NCBI RefSeq assembly: GCF_001949145.1 | Contig: NW_019091357.1 | Location: forward strand, 2,101,704 to 2,151,090 | Length of the DNA stretch: 49,387 nucleotides | DNA from: Acanthaster planci | Lineage: Eukaryota | Direction of reading: 5' to 3' | In this document: positions 18,020 to 30,107 of the stretch, piece after piece | Position numbering within the stretch: position 1 is the stretch's first letter | Layout of the letters: each line of letters opens with the position of its first letter | Notes under the pieces: generated by a model | What the model was told of the DNA's origin: nothing | Seen by the model: only the letters and a program-made list of their open reading frames with translations | Databases searched by the model: none | Program-made: the position numbers and the translations under genes

Positions 18020-19462
18020 AATTTATGCTACAACTAGCCCTCGAGAAGGTTCACTGAGATCGTTCCTAAATTGCTGCGTCTCCCATCTCTGCCTGGAGAA
18101 AGCGCGGATTTGTGATATCTAAGAGCAGTCGTGTGTATATGTACCGGATGGCACCAAATTTCAAGTCTGAGTGGCAGAGATTACAAACCCGGGTTGGCAG
18201 CTCACTAGGGAAAAGTCGACCGCTTTGCCGACCTGTAATTAATTCTCAAAGACATCAACTACACGTCTGAAAGCATATTATCTGGCCATCAGGAGTAGGA
18301 ACTGAGCCTATATGGGTACAGTCCACTAATTCAAGCCTCATTGAAAACAGTGTAAAATCAGCACTGTTCAGGGCCCAATAGCATGCATGCCAACATCCCT
18401 GAGATTTGTGAAACACAAATGAAATTATTGTCTAGTCCCTAATCTTTCCATTTCTTTTCATTTTTTGTGGGTTAACCAATTACATTTTTAATTATTCCCA
18501 CAAAACAAAATCACCCCCGAAAAGTGATTTTTCCGAAGTCCGATTGCAGCCATTTTCCAAGTGGCAACCCTCAACTTTCTGGGGCACTTACGACCATTTT
18601 TCAACCGTAATTTTTAGCCCTTCTGCTTTCATATGAAAGCTCAAAGACCCAGAGAGTTGATCCTCACAAGGATTTACACAATCTCACCATTTTGAGGGCC
18701 AAACAATCTCTTTTTTCAAAAGATACTGTGGGGCACTTCTAATGCTAATGAGCTGGCCAGAAATTCTTACTTGAATTAGTGGTCTGCACCCATTTAATCC
18801 TTGAATGCAGCTCAGAGTAAACGATGAGCACAGGCATTGAAACGGCAGGGAGGAAAATGGCGACGCACAGAATTACCAGACAGATCGGATTCAAGTGTGT
18901 GGAATCTTCCAAGAGAGACGGAGAAATGAATTTCAAACGAGAACAAATTTGTTGTAAGCAACCCTTCTCATTAGCGTGATGGGAATGATGTACGTGAACA
19001 TTTTGTATATTATACTTAAACTGGATGAGGATGCACGCTGTTGTTCTGAAAACGAGAATTTAAAGGAGAAACTGAAGCTACTAAAGTTGAGAAAGAGCAT
19101 TGCATGTGCTTTTAGGATTGAAATAAGAGGTGACGTATGGGTCACCGTGGTATGTGAAATGACCACTGGCCTTTTCTTTTGCCTCCGATTGCAAACAGAA
19201 ATCATTGTTAGCCACTATTTCGAAATGTTCTTAGCCGAGTGCCGTCGCCGCTTCTAGATTGATTTCTTCAAAAGGAACTTGCACGTGTAACAGTTATCAG
19301 TCTCCATCCACGCATTATGCCATCGTTTGTTTGTATTGGTGAATGTGTGTGCCTAACTCCAGTGCTTCAAAAGGAGCAAAGGTACGGTGGCCCCTGTCAA
19401 ACGTTTGCCTGCTGTACGCAGATAAATTGAAACTAACGCGTGAATAATTGCGGAAATGGGTC

Positions 19463-19989
19463 NNNNNNNNNNNNNNNNNNNNNNNNNNNNNNNNNNNNNN
19501 NNNNNNNNNNNNNNNNNNNNNNNNNNNNNNNNNNNNNNNNNNNNNNNNNNNNNNNNNNNNNNNNNNNNNNNNNNNNNNNNNNNNNNNNNNNNNNNNNNNN
19601 NNNNNNNNNNNNNNNNNNNNNNNNNNNNNNNNNNNNNNNNNNNNNNNNNNNNNNNNNNNNNNNNNNNNNNNNNNNNNNNNNNNNNNNNNNNNNNNNNNNN
19701 NNNNNNNNNNNNNNNNNNNNNNNNNNNNNNNNNNNNNNNNNNNNNNNNNNNNNNNNNNNNNNNNNNNNNNNNNNNNNNNNNNNNNNNNNNNNNNNNNNNN
19801 NNNNNNNNNNNNNNNNNNNNNNNNNNNNNNNNNNNNNNNNNNNNNNNNNNNNNNNNNNNNNNNNNNNNNNNNNNNNNNNNNNNNNNNNNNNNNNNNNNNN
19901 NNNNNNNNNNNNNNNNNNNNNNNNNNNNNNNNNNNNNNNNNNNNNNNNNNNNNNNNNNNNNNNNNNNNNNNNNNNNNNNNNNNNNNNNN
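19463..19989. other. Assembly gap (527 N)
   Basis: Run of n characters; ORFs spanning it are artefacts. Confidence 1.
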
Positions 19990-20667
19990 GGAAAATCCTG
20001 AGTGGGCCACTTCATGTAAAGGATAAAACTAATACGATGAGATGCAATATGTTGCCTTTGAACTTTGGCATTATGAACACAGGGTAGAAGGGTAGACCAT
20101 TGATTTGAGTTAAACCGTAAGGGCTCACACTTTCGTCCGTGAAACTGATTGTGTTAAAAGTGACTGTGGTCGATATATGACCACGTTTCTTTTCCCTTTT
20201 CTCAAATTTGCCCGCGCTTGTGTTTTCAGGCACCCGTGGACCGAACTGTGTTTGAAAGTCTGAACCCTGGATAAAGTCCGATCAGATTGAATTTAGACCC
20301 ACGGAATGAAGTTTGCATACACGGAGGGCATAGGCAGGTAAATGCATCCGATATCACTAGCCGTGCTTGTTGCTGAACATCCATGCACTCTGGCTCCAAA
20401 TCGTCCAATTATCAAGTTAGGAGCGCGCAGCTGGCGAGTCAAGGCAGTATAGGGAGAAGGAATCGAAGAGCTCAAGTGCTGGCGCGAGATGTCAGATTGT
20501 TGTTCGGTTGCTTTCACGCCACATAATTGTGGACATTTTCAAGTGTTTCATCCGAGCAGGGGATTCGTAAGCAATGCATGCATGGAATACCGACTCGTAG
20601 ACACTTTCTGAAGCTAAACCACTGAGTAATATATAAATAACAAGCCACACCTACAAGTCTCAAATCC

Positions 20668-20828
20668 TGGGGAACTTCACCATGAATAACGCGTAAAACG
20701 TTGTTCTCACATGGGCGCCATTCTGGTTGGACTACGACTGCGCAGTGCATGTTAATGCGCAGGCGCCGCGACAGGCACGCACACAATGAACGTTCACACT
20801 CGACTGGCGCCCATGGTGATAACACCTT
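20668..20828 (+). repeat. TIR-less internal copy of the MITE at 26323-26575
   Basis: Near-identical to about 26359-26523 (GGGAACTTCACCATGAATA...CGACTGGCGCCCATGGTGATAACACCTT) but lacks the outer TIRs. Confidence 0.85.
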
Positions 20829-21290
20829 GCAGGCGGAAAGAACAAGTCATTTGCTCCTTCAACCAAGATATCTTGACGTACTGTTCAGTCGTTCTTCAAA
20901 GTTAAATTTTATATATAACGGTTTTGCCCGTACCCAACGTAAAAAAAAAATACATCTTGAAAAAAGTTAAATTTGCCACAAACCTGAGTGTGCATAGCGT
21001 CAGTGGTATTCAGGTAACTGTTTGGTGACCCAAAGCCTACATGATAAGTGTAAAAATGTATATTATACTCTCTGCATCTTTGAGGTTGCAACGAGGAGTT
21101 CGTAAAACCAGACATTTATTTTCTCCAAAAATGCATTCTGCGCAGCCCCTTTTTCACGAAAGGAAAATTCTTTGAAACGATTGCTTAGAGAGAGGGTAAA
21201 AGGGGGGCTGTGGATGTAAACGTAACAGTGGTTTTTTGCCATGTGCGTTTCAGGTGGAATACTTCACGTCAAGCATTCAACCCTTGAAAA

Positions 21291-22464
21291 ATGGCGCCCT
21301 CTGCACGCATACTGCTTTTCATCGTGTTCATTCTGGCGATTCATTTGACGGAACCAAGTAAGTAACCAGTCGTGACGTCATGCGTTATGACGTCTAGCAT
21401 GACGTCACTAAATAATGAACAAGAAGAATGACTACGACAGTCTTGTGCCAGTTTCTTTGTCACTCGGCAAAAAAAGAAATCATCGCGACGTCGTCAAGAG
21501 CTCTCTCATGACGATGTATCTCAAATTTGACGCTTTTACACGTGTGCGATACCTCGTCTTTCACAGAACTTGACTTTTCTTTGACAGAGGATGGCTACAA
21601 TGGGTTGGCAAAAGGAAAGCGTCGGTTCTCTTCACGCTCGCGAAGAACGTATACTTCCACTTACCGGAGTAGCGGTACTACATATTACAGCAGAGGTATG
21701 TAGTTTTGAAGTATACAGCTTAATGTCATAGGCAAGTGCACAGAATGGCTTTCAAGAAACCCTCCTTCGCGCTGTTAATTTTGCTAGCAGTGAATCCAGT
21801 GTGATAAACGTTTGGATTCCGGGGAATCGTATTAAAGCTTTTCCATTGATGAAAAGTTGTATACTTTTGGAGATAAGAACAAAAGGAACTCATCTTTTGA
21901 TTTCTTTGCGACTTCCCCCCCCCCAAAAAAAAAATTCGACACGCCCGTTCTTCGTGAAATCGGTGGCAATTTGTATCCTAGCATGAATCATTCTTGTTTT
22001 GTAACATACTCTTAGGTGGTGGTAGCATGCCCTGGTGGCAGATCGTTCTCATCGTAGGAGGAACCATAGTACTCTTCCTCTTAATGTATTGCTGCTATCG
22101 GGCGTTAAAAGGACCCAGAGAGCCCCGGTCAGACACTCCCGGCATCCAGACCACGCGAGACCATGTCCAGCTCACGGATCACCAGCCTATCCAGCAGCCG
22201 TACCCCGCTGCCCAGTACCACCAGGTAAGCACGTCGGACGGCCGGGAGGTTCCGCCACCGGTCCACATGCACCAGAGCCCGGCCTATCCGCCGCCGTTAC
22301 CGCAGCAGCAACAGCAGCCGCTGTACCCGCCGGCGATCGCGACGGCGCCTCCGCCCTCTTACGACGACGCGCTGGTGATTTCCAAGGAGCCAGTCGGCGA
22401 GGGCGCCCCCGACCGGTGGGAAGACGAACCCGAGATCAACAGGAAAGAATTCGGGGTTATTTGA
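21291..22464 (+). CDS. PY-motif single-pass membrane protein A (207 aa), type I
   Basis: Exons 21291-21357, 21588-21695, 22016-22464 (GT-AG, both introns phase 1). Signal peptide MAPSARILLFIVFILAIHLTEP; ectodomain KDGYNGLAKGKRRFSSRSRRTYTSTYRSSGTTYYSRGGGS; TM MPWWQIVLIVGGTIVLFLLMYCCY; Pro/Gln-rich tail with TAPPPSYDDAL (PPSY at 22351-22362). Upstream acceptor at 21253; AATAAA at 23047. Confidence 0.85.
21372..21408. promoter_or_regulatory. Cluster of CRE/ATF sites in the first coding intron of gene A
   Basis: GTGACGTCATGC-GTTATGACGTCTA-GCATGACGTCAC: two perfect TGACGTCA and one 7/8 match, arranged as a 12-bp inverted repeat. Confidence 0.5.
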
Positions 22465-23674
22465 TCCAATTCAAAGGGACACACTTTAAAGGAACTGGAA
22501 ATTATAACCTTCTTCAATTTTTAACAGTAGGAACCTACTTATCAATAGTGTGGAGTTTTTTTTCACCTTCCTCGCCAATGGAGTTTCGCACTTGCTCAGC
22601 CGTACTTGTCTAGAATCTGCATGTCATAATAATAGTGATTATCATGTTTTGTGAAATCATAGAACTTCGCCAGAACTTGCAGTGTACCATGTACAGCACC
22701 ATTTTAAGCCTCGTTTTTCCCTTGTCTTTTTAACTGATGTTTAGACGTCCATTTGAATTGTGTGCACGTATCAATTAAAGTTGAGGACTGTTGGTTCCAC
22801 TTTCTAGGATATTTCCTTTGCAGAATTGTTTATTGCCAAATTACAAGCCTTTTGGTCAGTACTGCTGTTTTCCTTTATTAATTAACGCATGATAACATTA
22901 AAGGTTGAAATAATTCCAAAGGTTGATATTGTAATTTTGTTCTCTTTTCAGGCTTCAATTTGTAATTAAGTTAAGCATGTGCTGGTATAAGGCCCAGACT
23001 TGAGTTCTGTTCATAACTCGGGTTATTGATTTATTACTTTTTATGAAATAAATCTGTTAATAGTTAAGCTCGCTGAGAACTCTTCGTTTTCTTTTAGTCT
23101 AGTTCCTTAAATGTTTTGTTTTGCTCCAGTAAAATTCCGGAACTCGAAGCTTACCTGAAGGATATCCGTGTCGGAGTGGACAACCTCAAAGTTGACGCCA
23201 TTTTCCCACTAAACGGCTACAGTTCGCTTTAATTAAATAACGCACGCGGAAGTACCTGCATGCACGACCTCACCAGGAAAACAAATCAACAGATGAGAAG
23301 TCCGGATGAGTCCAGATGAGAAGTTATTACCGGTACCGGTAGTTATCCTTTCTGTCACCAGATCCAACACGAGTCAAATATCGTAGCAGCGTAAGGGACT
23401 TATTTCATGATTCGAAGGGAAAGAAAAAGTTTTCTGGAACCTGAGCAGCATTGGGTTCAGAGCTTGCTCTCTAATAATATTAATTTCGTTGCAAATTCGT
23501 TCCTGACCAACCAAACGGCAGTTTCACACGTGAACCAACGTCTCCGTAGTGCGTCACTTTGCTGCACAGTTAAACGTCGTTCGTTGGTGTCGACGTTTCG
23601 TGGTGACGCATTAAAAAAGTTGGACTTCTGTTAAAAGCGACTTCAATTGGAACTGTAAAGGATCACTGAACAAA

Positions 23675-24945
23675 ATGGCCTTAGCTTGTGGTCTTCGCTT
23701 GGTCATTCTGCTTCTCTTCATCGCTATTGTCAATTTGCCGACAACAGGTGAGTTGAATGTCGTCACAATGTTGTGCTATGTTATTATACGATCGCAAAAT
23801 TTCCACGAGAGCCATTTTGTCGATTTAAAAGCGTGTTTCGACAATTCTTCGGCTGTACATTCTGGGTAAAATGGACACATGTTTCAAATGCAGCACAGGA
23901 AATTCTCAGCATTGTTGTATATACATTTATTTTGCTACTCAGACGCTATAAGAATCAGAGTCCGCACGGGCTACAGAGGTACGCGCCGAACTTACACAAG
24001 AACAGTCTACACCAATTCACCCAATCAAGGTAAGGAAGCCGGTACAATCTTTAGCAGGGAGATGTTTTTACTATACCCAGCAAGAAATGAGACTGAGGGG
24101 TACCCCCAACATGTCCAATCCCTATACACATTCCAGACTATTGTTACTTAACACATCCCCCCCAAGATGTCTGAAAGGAATTCCCCAGATTCCTGCGAGA
24201 CAATGACCAACACAAAGCAGGGGGGGGGTTATCTCCGTCTCATACCTTGCTGCATATGGTTTTTACAAGATGCACAGGTTAGCGGGCTCCAAGAATACTA
24301 ACGATGTAGTTTATACTACTTATGACGGAAGGGGCCCGACGATCTCGTGCACACAGGAAAAATTACGCTTTAAAAATTGTTCAACAGAGCACTAAAAATT
24401 CCACTTAGATTAGAAACTAATATGGCAAAAACAATTTAATGGGATTTTCTGAAGAAAAACTGTACAACATTCAGTGAACAAACTTGAGACAAATTGATCA
24501 TCGAAGTCGCACCCCTGTGCATTTTCAATGGCCCGCTCACACTTCTTGCCGCCAAGATCATTTGCGCGCATGCGTGCATAGTTATGAATGTTTAAGTGAA
24601 GAGGTCTGTTGTTCACCTGGACTTTTATCCTCTCGGTTTTCTTTTGAATCCTATCTGACAGGCCTTGAGGCGTGGAAGATAGCCCTCATTGTCTTCGTCA
24701 GCCTCCTTGGCATTGTAGTGCTTTATATCTGTGTCCGTTGCTGGCTGCTCTGTCGCGAGAGGCGGTCCGCTGAGATGGAAGTTCCGCGAGTGTCGATGAA
24801 CCCAATCTACCGACCACATCCTCTGCAATTTCACAACGCGGATTCAGTGGACAAAGACGTGCTAACAGCGCCCCCACCGTCATACGAGGACACTCTCAAA
24901 GTCAATACGGGCGATGTTAACGGCATTAAGGTCGCTGACCAGTAG
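23675..24945 (+). CDS. PY-motif single-pass membrane protein B (147 aa), type I
   Basis: Exons 23675-23747, 23943-24029, 24662-24945 (GT-AG, phase 1/1). Signal peptide MALACGLRLVILLLFIAIVNLPTTDA; ectodomain IRIRVRTGYRGTRRTYTRTVYTNSPNQGLE; TM AWKIALIVFVSLLGIVVLYICVRCWLLC; tail with NPIY (24799-24810) and TAPPPSYEDTL (PPSY at 24874-24885). AATAAA at 25079. Confidence 0.85.
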
Positions 24946-26322
24946 AATCATCCAAACCTACCGCGCTGAACATCTTAATTTTCGTTTGCTTAGATCTGCT
25001 GTGGGCAAGTGATTAGTTGGGGCAAGACCAATGAACTCGTTAGATATTGGCTTTTTAACGATGCAAAAAAAAGATATAAATAAAATCTTATGGTCATTCG
25101 CATTTTGCCGCTGGCTCTAACTCATACGGCGCAAGATTACCTTGTTAATAGCATCTCGTACATTTCCTGCCCCCCCTAATCAATCATAATGCGCTTAAAA
25201 AACCTTAAGCAGTCTTCAGTTGAATGAATGTGAGCGCAAATTTATTATGTTTATTGCTGATGTTGTTAAAATCGCAATAATGTCGACCACTTTATTTTGT
25301 TTGTCTGGATATTATGAGAAAAATACGCGATACTGGCGATTTATAACAGCGCGCCACCAAGAGGTTAACACAGAGAGACCATTTTTCAACCTTGCGGCCG
25401 ACAAAAATCATGATCGAGATCGCTGCGACCATGCTGCGACTTACATTTGAGGTCAGACGACACCTTGAGGACATACTTGATTGGTCGGAGAATTCTTTGC
25501 CTCACCAAAAAAAATTAAAAACAGGTTTAAAATCATCTTGAATGATTAACACCGATACTCAAAAACCACTCTCGAATGTTCAACCCAGACAAGCATTACA
25601 TAGGAACGATTCAAGTTTCCTGCGCTACTACACGCAGCGCAAATGGCAAGTAGGGTTTTGGTGACTGTTTTCCCACAATGCACTGCGAACAAGGCCTCTC
25701 TGTGGCACTTAACTTGCGGTCATCGCTTGCTAACGTTAATTAAATAAATAAATAAATAAATACATGCTGTACCGCATTTAGATAATGACTGATTATCTGA
25801 GAAACATAAACTGTGAGGGGAAGATGTGTACATAGTGTGAAACACATATGTTTACCCACTCTGTGAAAATAAGTCATAAGCCGCCACTTTTGAGCTTTCA
25901 TTTGTACTGGAAAGAGCAAAATGAGTTTTTGTTTAGAGGTATCACTCAGTTTGGCATCCTGATGAAAGTGGATACTCCATGGTGACAAATGCTGTGGGTT
26001 CCTATTGGTTTACACTTTGCAAAATTATTCTAAAGGACTTTTTACTCCAAAATGGTTCTGGCGATTTAAGACTCGTTTTCATAGAGTGGGTCACATATTT
26101 TATACGCTTGTCTCCCATAGTATAATTTAATAAAGCGAAACTATAATGGTAGTATTTAGAGGAAGCATATTATTATTTAATGTTTTAATAAACGAGATCT
26201 TTGAACACTTGTGTATTATTCTGTGTGTTTTGTATACTTGTAGCGTTGTGACAACAAAATACGTACCGCACGACTCGACTAAAAGACTACACGCAATGCT
26301 TGAGCATGCTGCCACCGTACAA

Positions 26323-26575
26323 CCAAAGATCGTATAGCGCCGCCTAGCGGCGCAAGATGGGGAACTTCACCATGAATACGCGTACAACGTTGTTATCACA
26401 TGGGCACCATTCTGGTTGGACTACGACTGCGCAGTGCATGTTAATGCGCAGGTGCAGGCGCCGCGACAGGCACGCACACAATGAACGTTCACACTCGACT
26501 GGCGCCCATGGTGATAACACCTTTATGGCCGAATTACCCATCTTGCGCCGCTACGCGGCGCTATATAATCTTTGG
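26323..26575. mobile_element. MITE with about 39-bp TIRs, superfamily unassigned
   Basis: CCAAAGATCGTATAGCGCCGCCTAGCGGCGCAAGATGGG ... CCCATCTTGCGCCGCTACGCGGCGCTATATAATCTTTGG (3 mismatches). Flanks TACAA/TATAA may be a 5-bp TSD. Inner subterminal inverted repeat TGTTATCACATGGGCACCA / TGGCGCCCATGGTGATAACA. Second copy at 20668-20828. Confidence 0.8.
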
Positions 26576-28551
26576 TATAACTGCGCTACTTTCTACTTGT
26601 CAGAAAATTTAAAAGCAAAACAAAACAAAACGAAGAAGCAAACCAAACAAAAGACATGATTACCTTTTTGCCTGACGAATAATGGCTTGTCCTTCTCTTT
26701 CCACATTTTTATCAACTGTCGTTGAAGGACTGTTCATAAATAGAAAAAAAGTGGGTTGGTGCGGCTTATGAGCCTCGAGCTGGACTATCAGAGGGCGCAA
26801 TTTTCTTAGCAACAGAGGCTCCTTCGGTCCGAACTGAACTTCGCTGGTTCACGAACGACAATGAAATGCACGCGTACCGTCGCGTCGCTACCACCCAAAT
26901 GAACACTCCCGACCAGCATGGCTCTTTTCAACCGATGAGGGTGAGCTTCTGCTCGAGGCAGATAACCCAACGTGCATACTATGTTCCATCCTAGGTTTAG
27001 ACACTTTGAGTAAATTATATAGCTATCCAGCTAGTTTGAAGACAGCCTGTTAAATTAAGCCATTAATTTTTTGTTCTCAAGTTGATTTTGCAAACTATAC
27101 TGAGGTTCAAGAGTTAAACTCTTTTCGTTCTCTGACAGGATAAATTATATGGAGGTGTTTATTTTGTGGTTATAATGATGTGAACGTGTATAATTTTTTT
27201 TAATAATCTGTAAGTTTTTTATTCAAATGATACAGCGTTCAATAAAGTATTGAACGATGTTATGTTATTGAAGTGCACTGATGCTTATATCACAGCCGAA
27301 CGTCAAAGGACTGTGGACAAGTTTATTAACGGGTGGCATAGACGCTTCAGAAGCCGGAAGGGAAATTTATTAAGGTGCTTTAGATATTTCCCACAGAAAA
27401 TTACCCCTCCCCTAGTGTCATGGCACAGAGAGGTCCCTAGCTTGGATTCAGTCACGTACGTAATCACTGCTGTCCAGCCGTGTTGGGGGACCAAACAACA
27501 AGGCTAAAGCATGACTAACAGACAAACCTGTGCTCGTGACTGTATCGCCTAGCCTGGTGAACCAATCTATACCCTGAAGCAAATACGCGTCATAATAACT
27601 GTGAAGTTTGCAAACAAGTTTGGATTCCATGCTACAAATCCCAGTTTCCAAGACTGTCAAATATATCAAAAGAAAGGGCCGTGGAACTTTTTGTCCGCGA
27701 CAGTGTTTAAAGAGTAAACGACGTCTAAAGGGGAAAACCTATTGAAATACATAATGTCGCCATGGTCATCCGATCGAAGGGATACTTGGTTTGAAGGGAC
27801 GCCTTATTTCTAAAAGTGTTCCTCGGTTGAGATGAGGAAATTCATTGCTTCCTGAACTCTGGATTGTCTTCAATGGATTCTGAATTGGAACTATAGGAGA
27901 CGAACAGGCCACTTTTTGAAGCCCTGAAATCAACACGACGAGGGAAGAACCATCGCGAGACATCTCAGCTATATCAACCCTCTCCCTTCCACACAGTTTC
28001 GCACGATTCCATTAGGAAGGTCTGCGCTCAGGTTAAGTTCAGGGGTAAGTAATTCACCCATCTTCTTAAAACTCAGGTTAATTAAAGTCCACACATCAGC
28101 TTTAAAGGACACGGAAGCGAACCACTGAAACAGGCACAATTGGTGTTGACTGCAGTTTAGGCGTGCGAAGACTAACTTGCATTTTTGTCTCTCAGATGGG
28201 TAAACTAACTTCTAACTTCTCTGAGATATGTTCTGATCGATACATTTGAATAGATTGGTGGTGACGTGCTTGAAGGTCTTAGTGATAACACGGTCGGGAA
28301 AGTAAGTTTTAATGATTTCGATGCAAATATGCTCTTCACACGAAGGGGTCTCTTGCAAACGCAAATGATTCTCAAATACTGTAATAAGAAATATTGGAAA
28401 CTTCTGAGACCTCCATACCGTGACTCCTTTTTCTTTTGTTTCGGCAGCAACTTAAGAAGTTACACCGAGACCAACGACTGGGTGCAGACCAGGCGAATTC
28501 GGGAAAGGACGTTGTTTTGGCAACCGATGGCTTGGTCGCTCAACTGAAAAT

Positions 28552-30107
28552 ATGCCGTGGCATAGTATGTACAAAAGTCTTGAAGTTAGAGATACAAGTC
28601 CGCTCTGTGTGCCGGCTCTTCGACACACATAGTTATCTGGGAAGAGACAGACATGATCGATGTACGGACAAGGTTGTACGCATGTGTGATGTCTAATTTT
28701 GAAATGACGCATCGCCCTGAGCCACATGACCAGATATGACGTCATGGCGGGGCCAGCCTGTTATCCTACGCTTGTTATTCCCACAGCATTATTCATCCGC
28801 TCGGGCACCAGACAGGGCACACTTTTTTTAATCATTGAAATAAATTTATACACACTATTTTGGCTTAAGTTACCCAGTTGTGATACCTCCTATTATAACG
28901 TCGATCCCCGAACAAGGATTTTTTTCTGAGCTGTCGATGTATTAGGTAACTGTACAGAAATGACGAATGGTAGGTACTAATTTAGTCTTTCAAGTTACAC
29001 ATTCGGAGAAGTTAATCCTAGAAGTTGATATTCCTTGGTGTGTAAAATTTAGCTGATTTGTGAATTGGTTGGGGAGCCCGTTCTATCGCTAGAAGTCTAA
29101 GGTAAAAGTATTGATGATATTTGATATCGAGAGATATTGACAAATGGGAAGAGCTACCAACATAGGGTTGGGTGGCTCAGTTGGTAGAGCACTGGTACGG
29201 TATTCCAGAGGCCGCAGGTTCGAATCCCGCTACAGTCAATTTCTCTGTTTATCTTTATAATCATTCATAAGCACCTAGTCATATGATTTGTTTCATGATT
29301 GATATTTCTGATCGTAAATTGAGTTCACTGATGATCTGATGATATTTCTAACGCTGTTTCTCCACAGATTTATCCGAGTTTATTCCTTGGATTCTTGCCA
29401 TCTTCTTCGTTCTGTTCCTGATCGCTTGCTGCTCGTGGCTTTACAGATGCATCCAGAAATGTGACGATCAGTGCCCGGGAATTCTGCCGGCGCGGAGCCC
29501 TTACAACCCAAACTCTCCTATGACACCGTTCCGGAACACTCGGCACACGCGTAATTGGGAGGCCACCAGGAGGTTGACCTGCCAGCGCGCCACCAACGAC
29601 AACAGCGAGCCATCCGGGAGCCAGTGTATCCTATCATCGTCCTCGGTAGTTCATTACCACGGGCAGAAGGTGCCCCCGTACGTGTCTTTCGCTGACAGGC
29701 CGCCGCCGCCGTCGTACGAGGAAGCTTGTAGCTCGACAGCGGCCTTAAGCAGTTCGACGACCGCCTTAAACATGGAGAGCCCTGAACAGTCTGTGGCTAT
29801 CATCGATACCACCAGTGCGAACGAGACCGAGGCCACGCCGGCAGCGACAGTATCGGACAGCGTCGAAGTAATGGATTGCAACACGGCAGCAGTATCGACT
29901 CCCACCAATACTGGTCGCGGCGACCGACCACAAGACCACGGGGCCAGTGAGTCAGTAGTCATTGACAACCCTCAGGATGAGCCACTAATAAATGACGATG
30001 ACGACGATGACGATGAGTTCTATGATGTTGTCATCGATGCCACACCACATGTCCAAGCAACAAGTGAGGAAATGACGAGGAGGGGAAGCACGGATGTTTT
30101 CCTCTAA
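28552..30107 (+). CDS. PY-motif single-pass membrane protein C (about 250 aa), probably without signal peptide; start uncertain
   Basis: Last exon 29368-30107 (acceptor TCCACAG, phase 1) encodes LSEFIPWILAIFFVLFLIACCSWLYRCIQKC..., KVPPYVSFADRPPPPSYEEAC (PPSY at 29706-29717), a Ser/Thr-rich and acidic tail, and ends ...STDVFL. Best start is ATG 28552 (MPWH, donor GTATGT at 28565), which creates an N-L-S sequon across the junction. Candidate 5'UTR exons: one ending at 26940, then 27139-27209 and 28196-28301. Confidence 0.72.
29165..29250 (+). mobile_element. tRNA-derived SINE head or tRNA pseudogene in the gene C intron
   Basis: A box TGGCTCAGTTGG, B box GGTTCGAATCC, anticodon-like arm CTGGT-ACGGTAT-TCCAG; the acceptor stem does not pair; T-rich tail follows. 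Confidence 0.7.

Noticed and set aside
19315..20087. Long ORFs of 181-231 aa
   Set aside because: They consist of X residues from the N gap.
23585..23612. Second hammerhead-like CGAAACGTCG motif
   Set aside because: No stable stem II and no CUGANGA-like box upstream on that strand.
29165..29240. Functional tRNA-Thr(GGT) gene
   Set aside because: Acceptor stem does not pair, the anticodon stem has a T-T mismatch, the loop lacks the conserved U33, and GGT anticodons are not normally used in eukaryotic nuclear tRNAs; treated as SINE or pseudogene.
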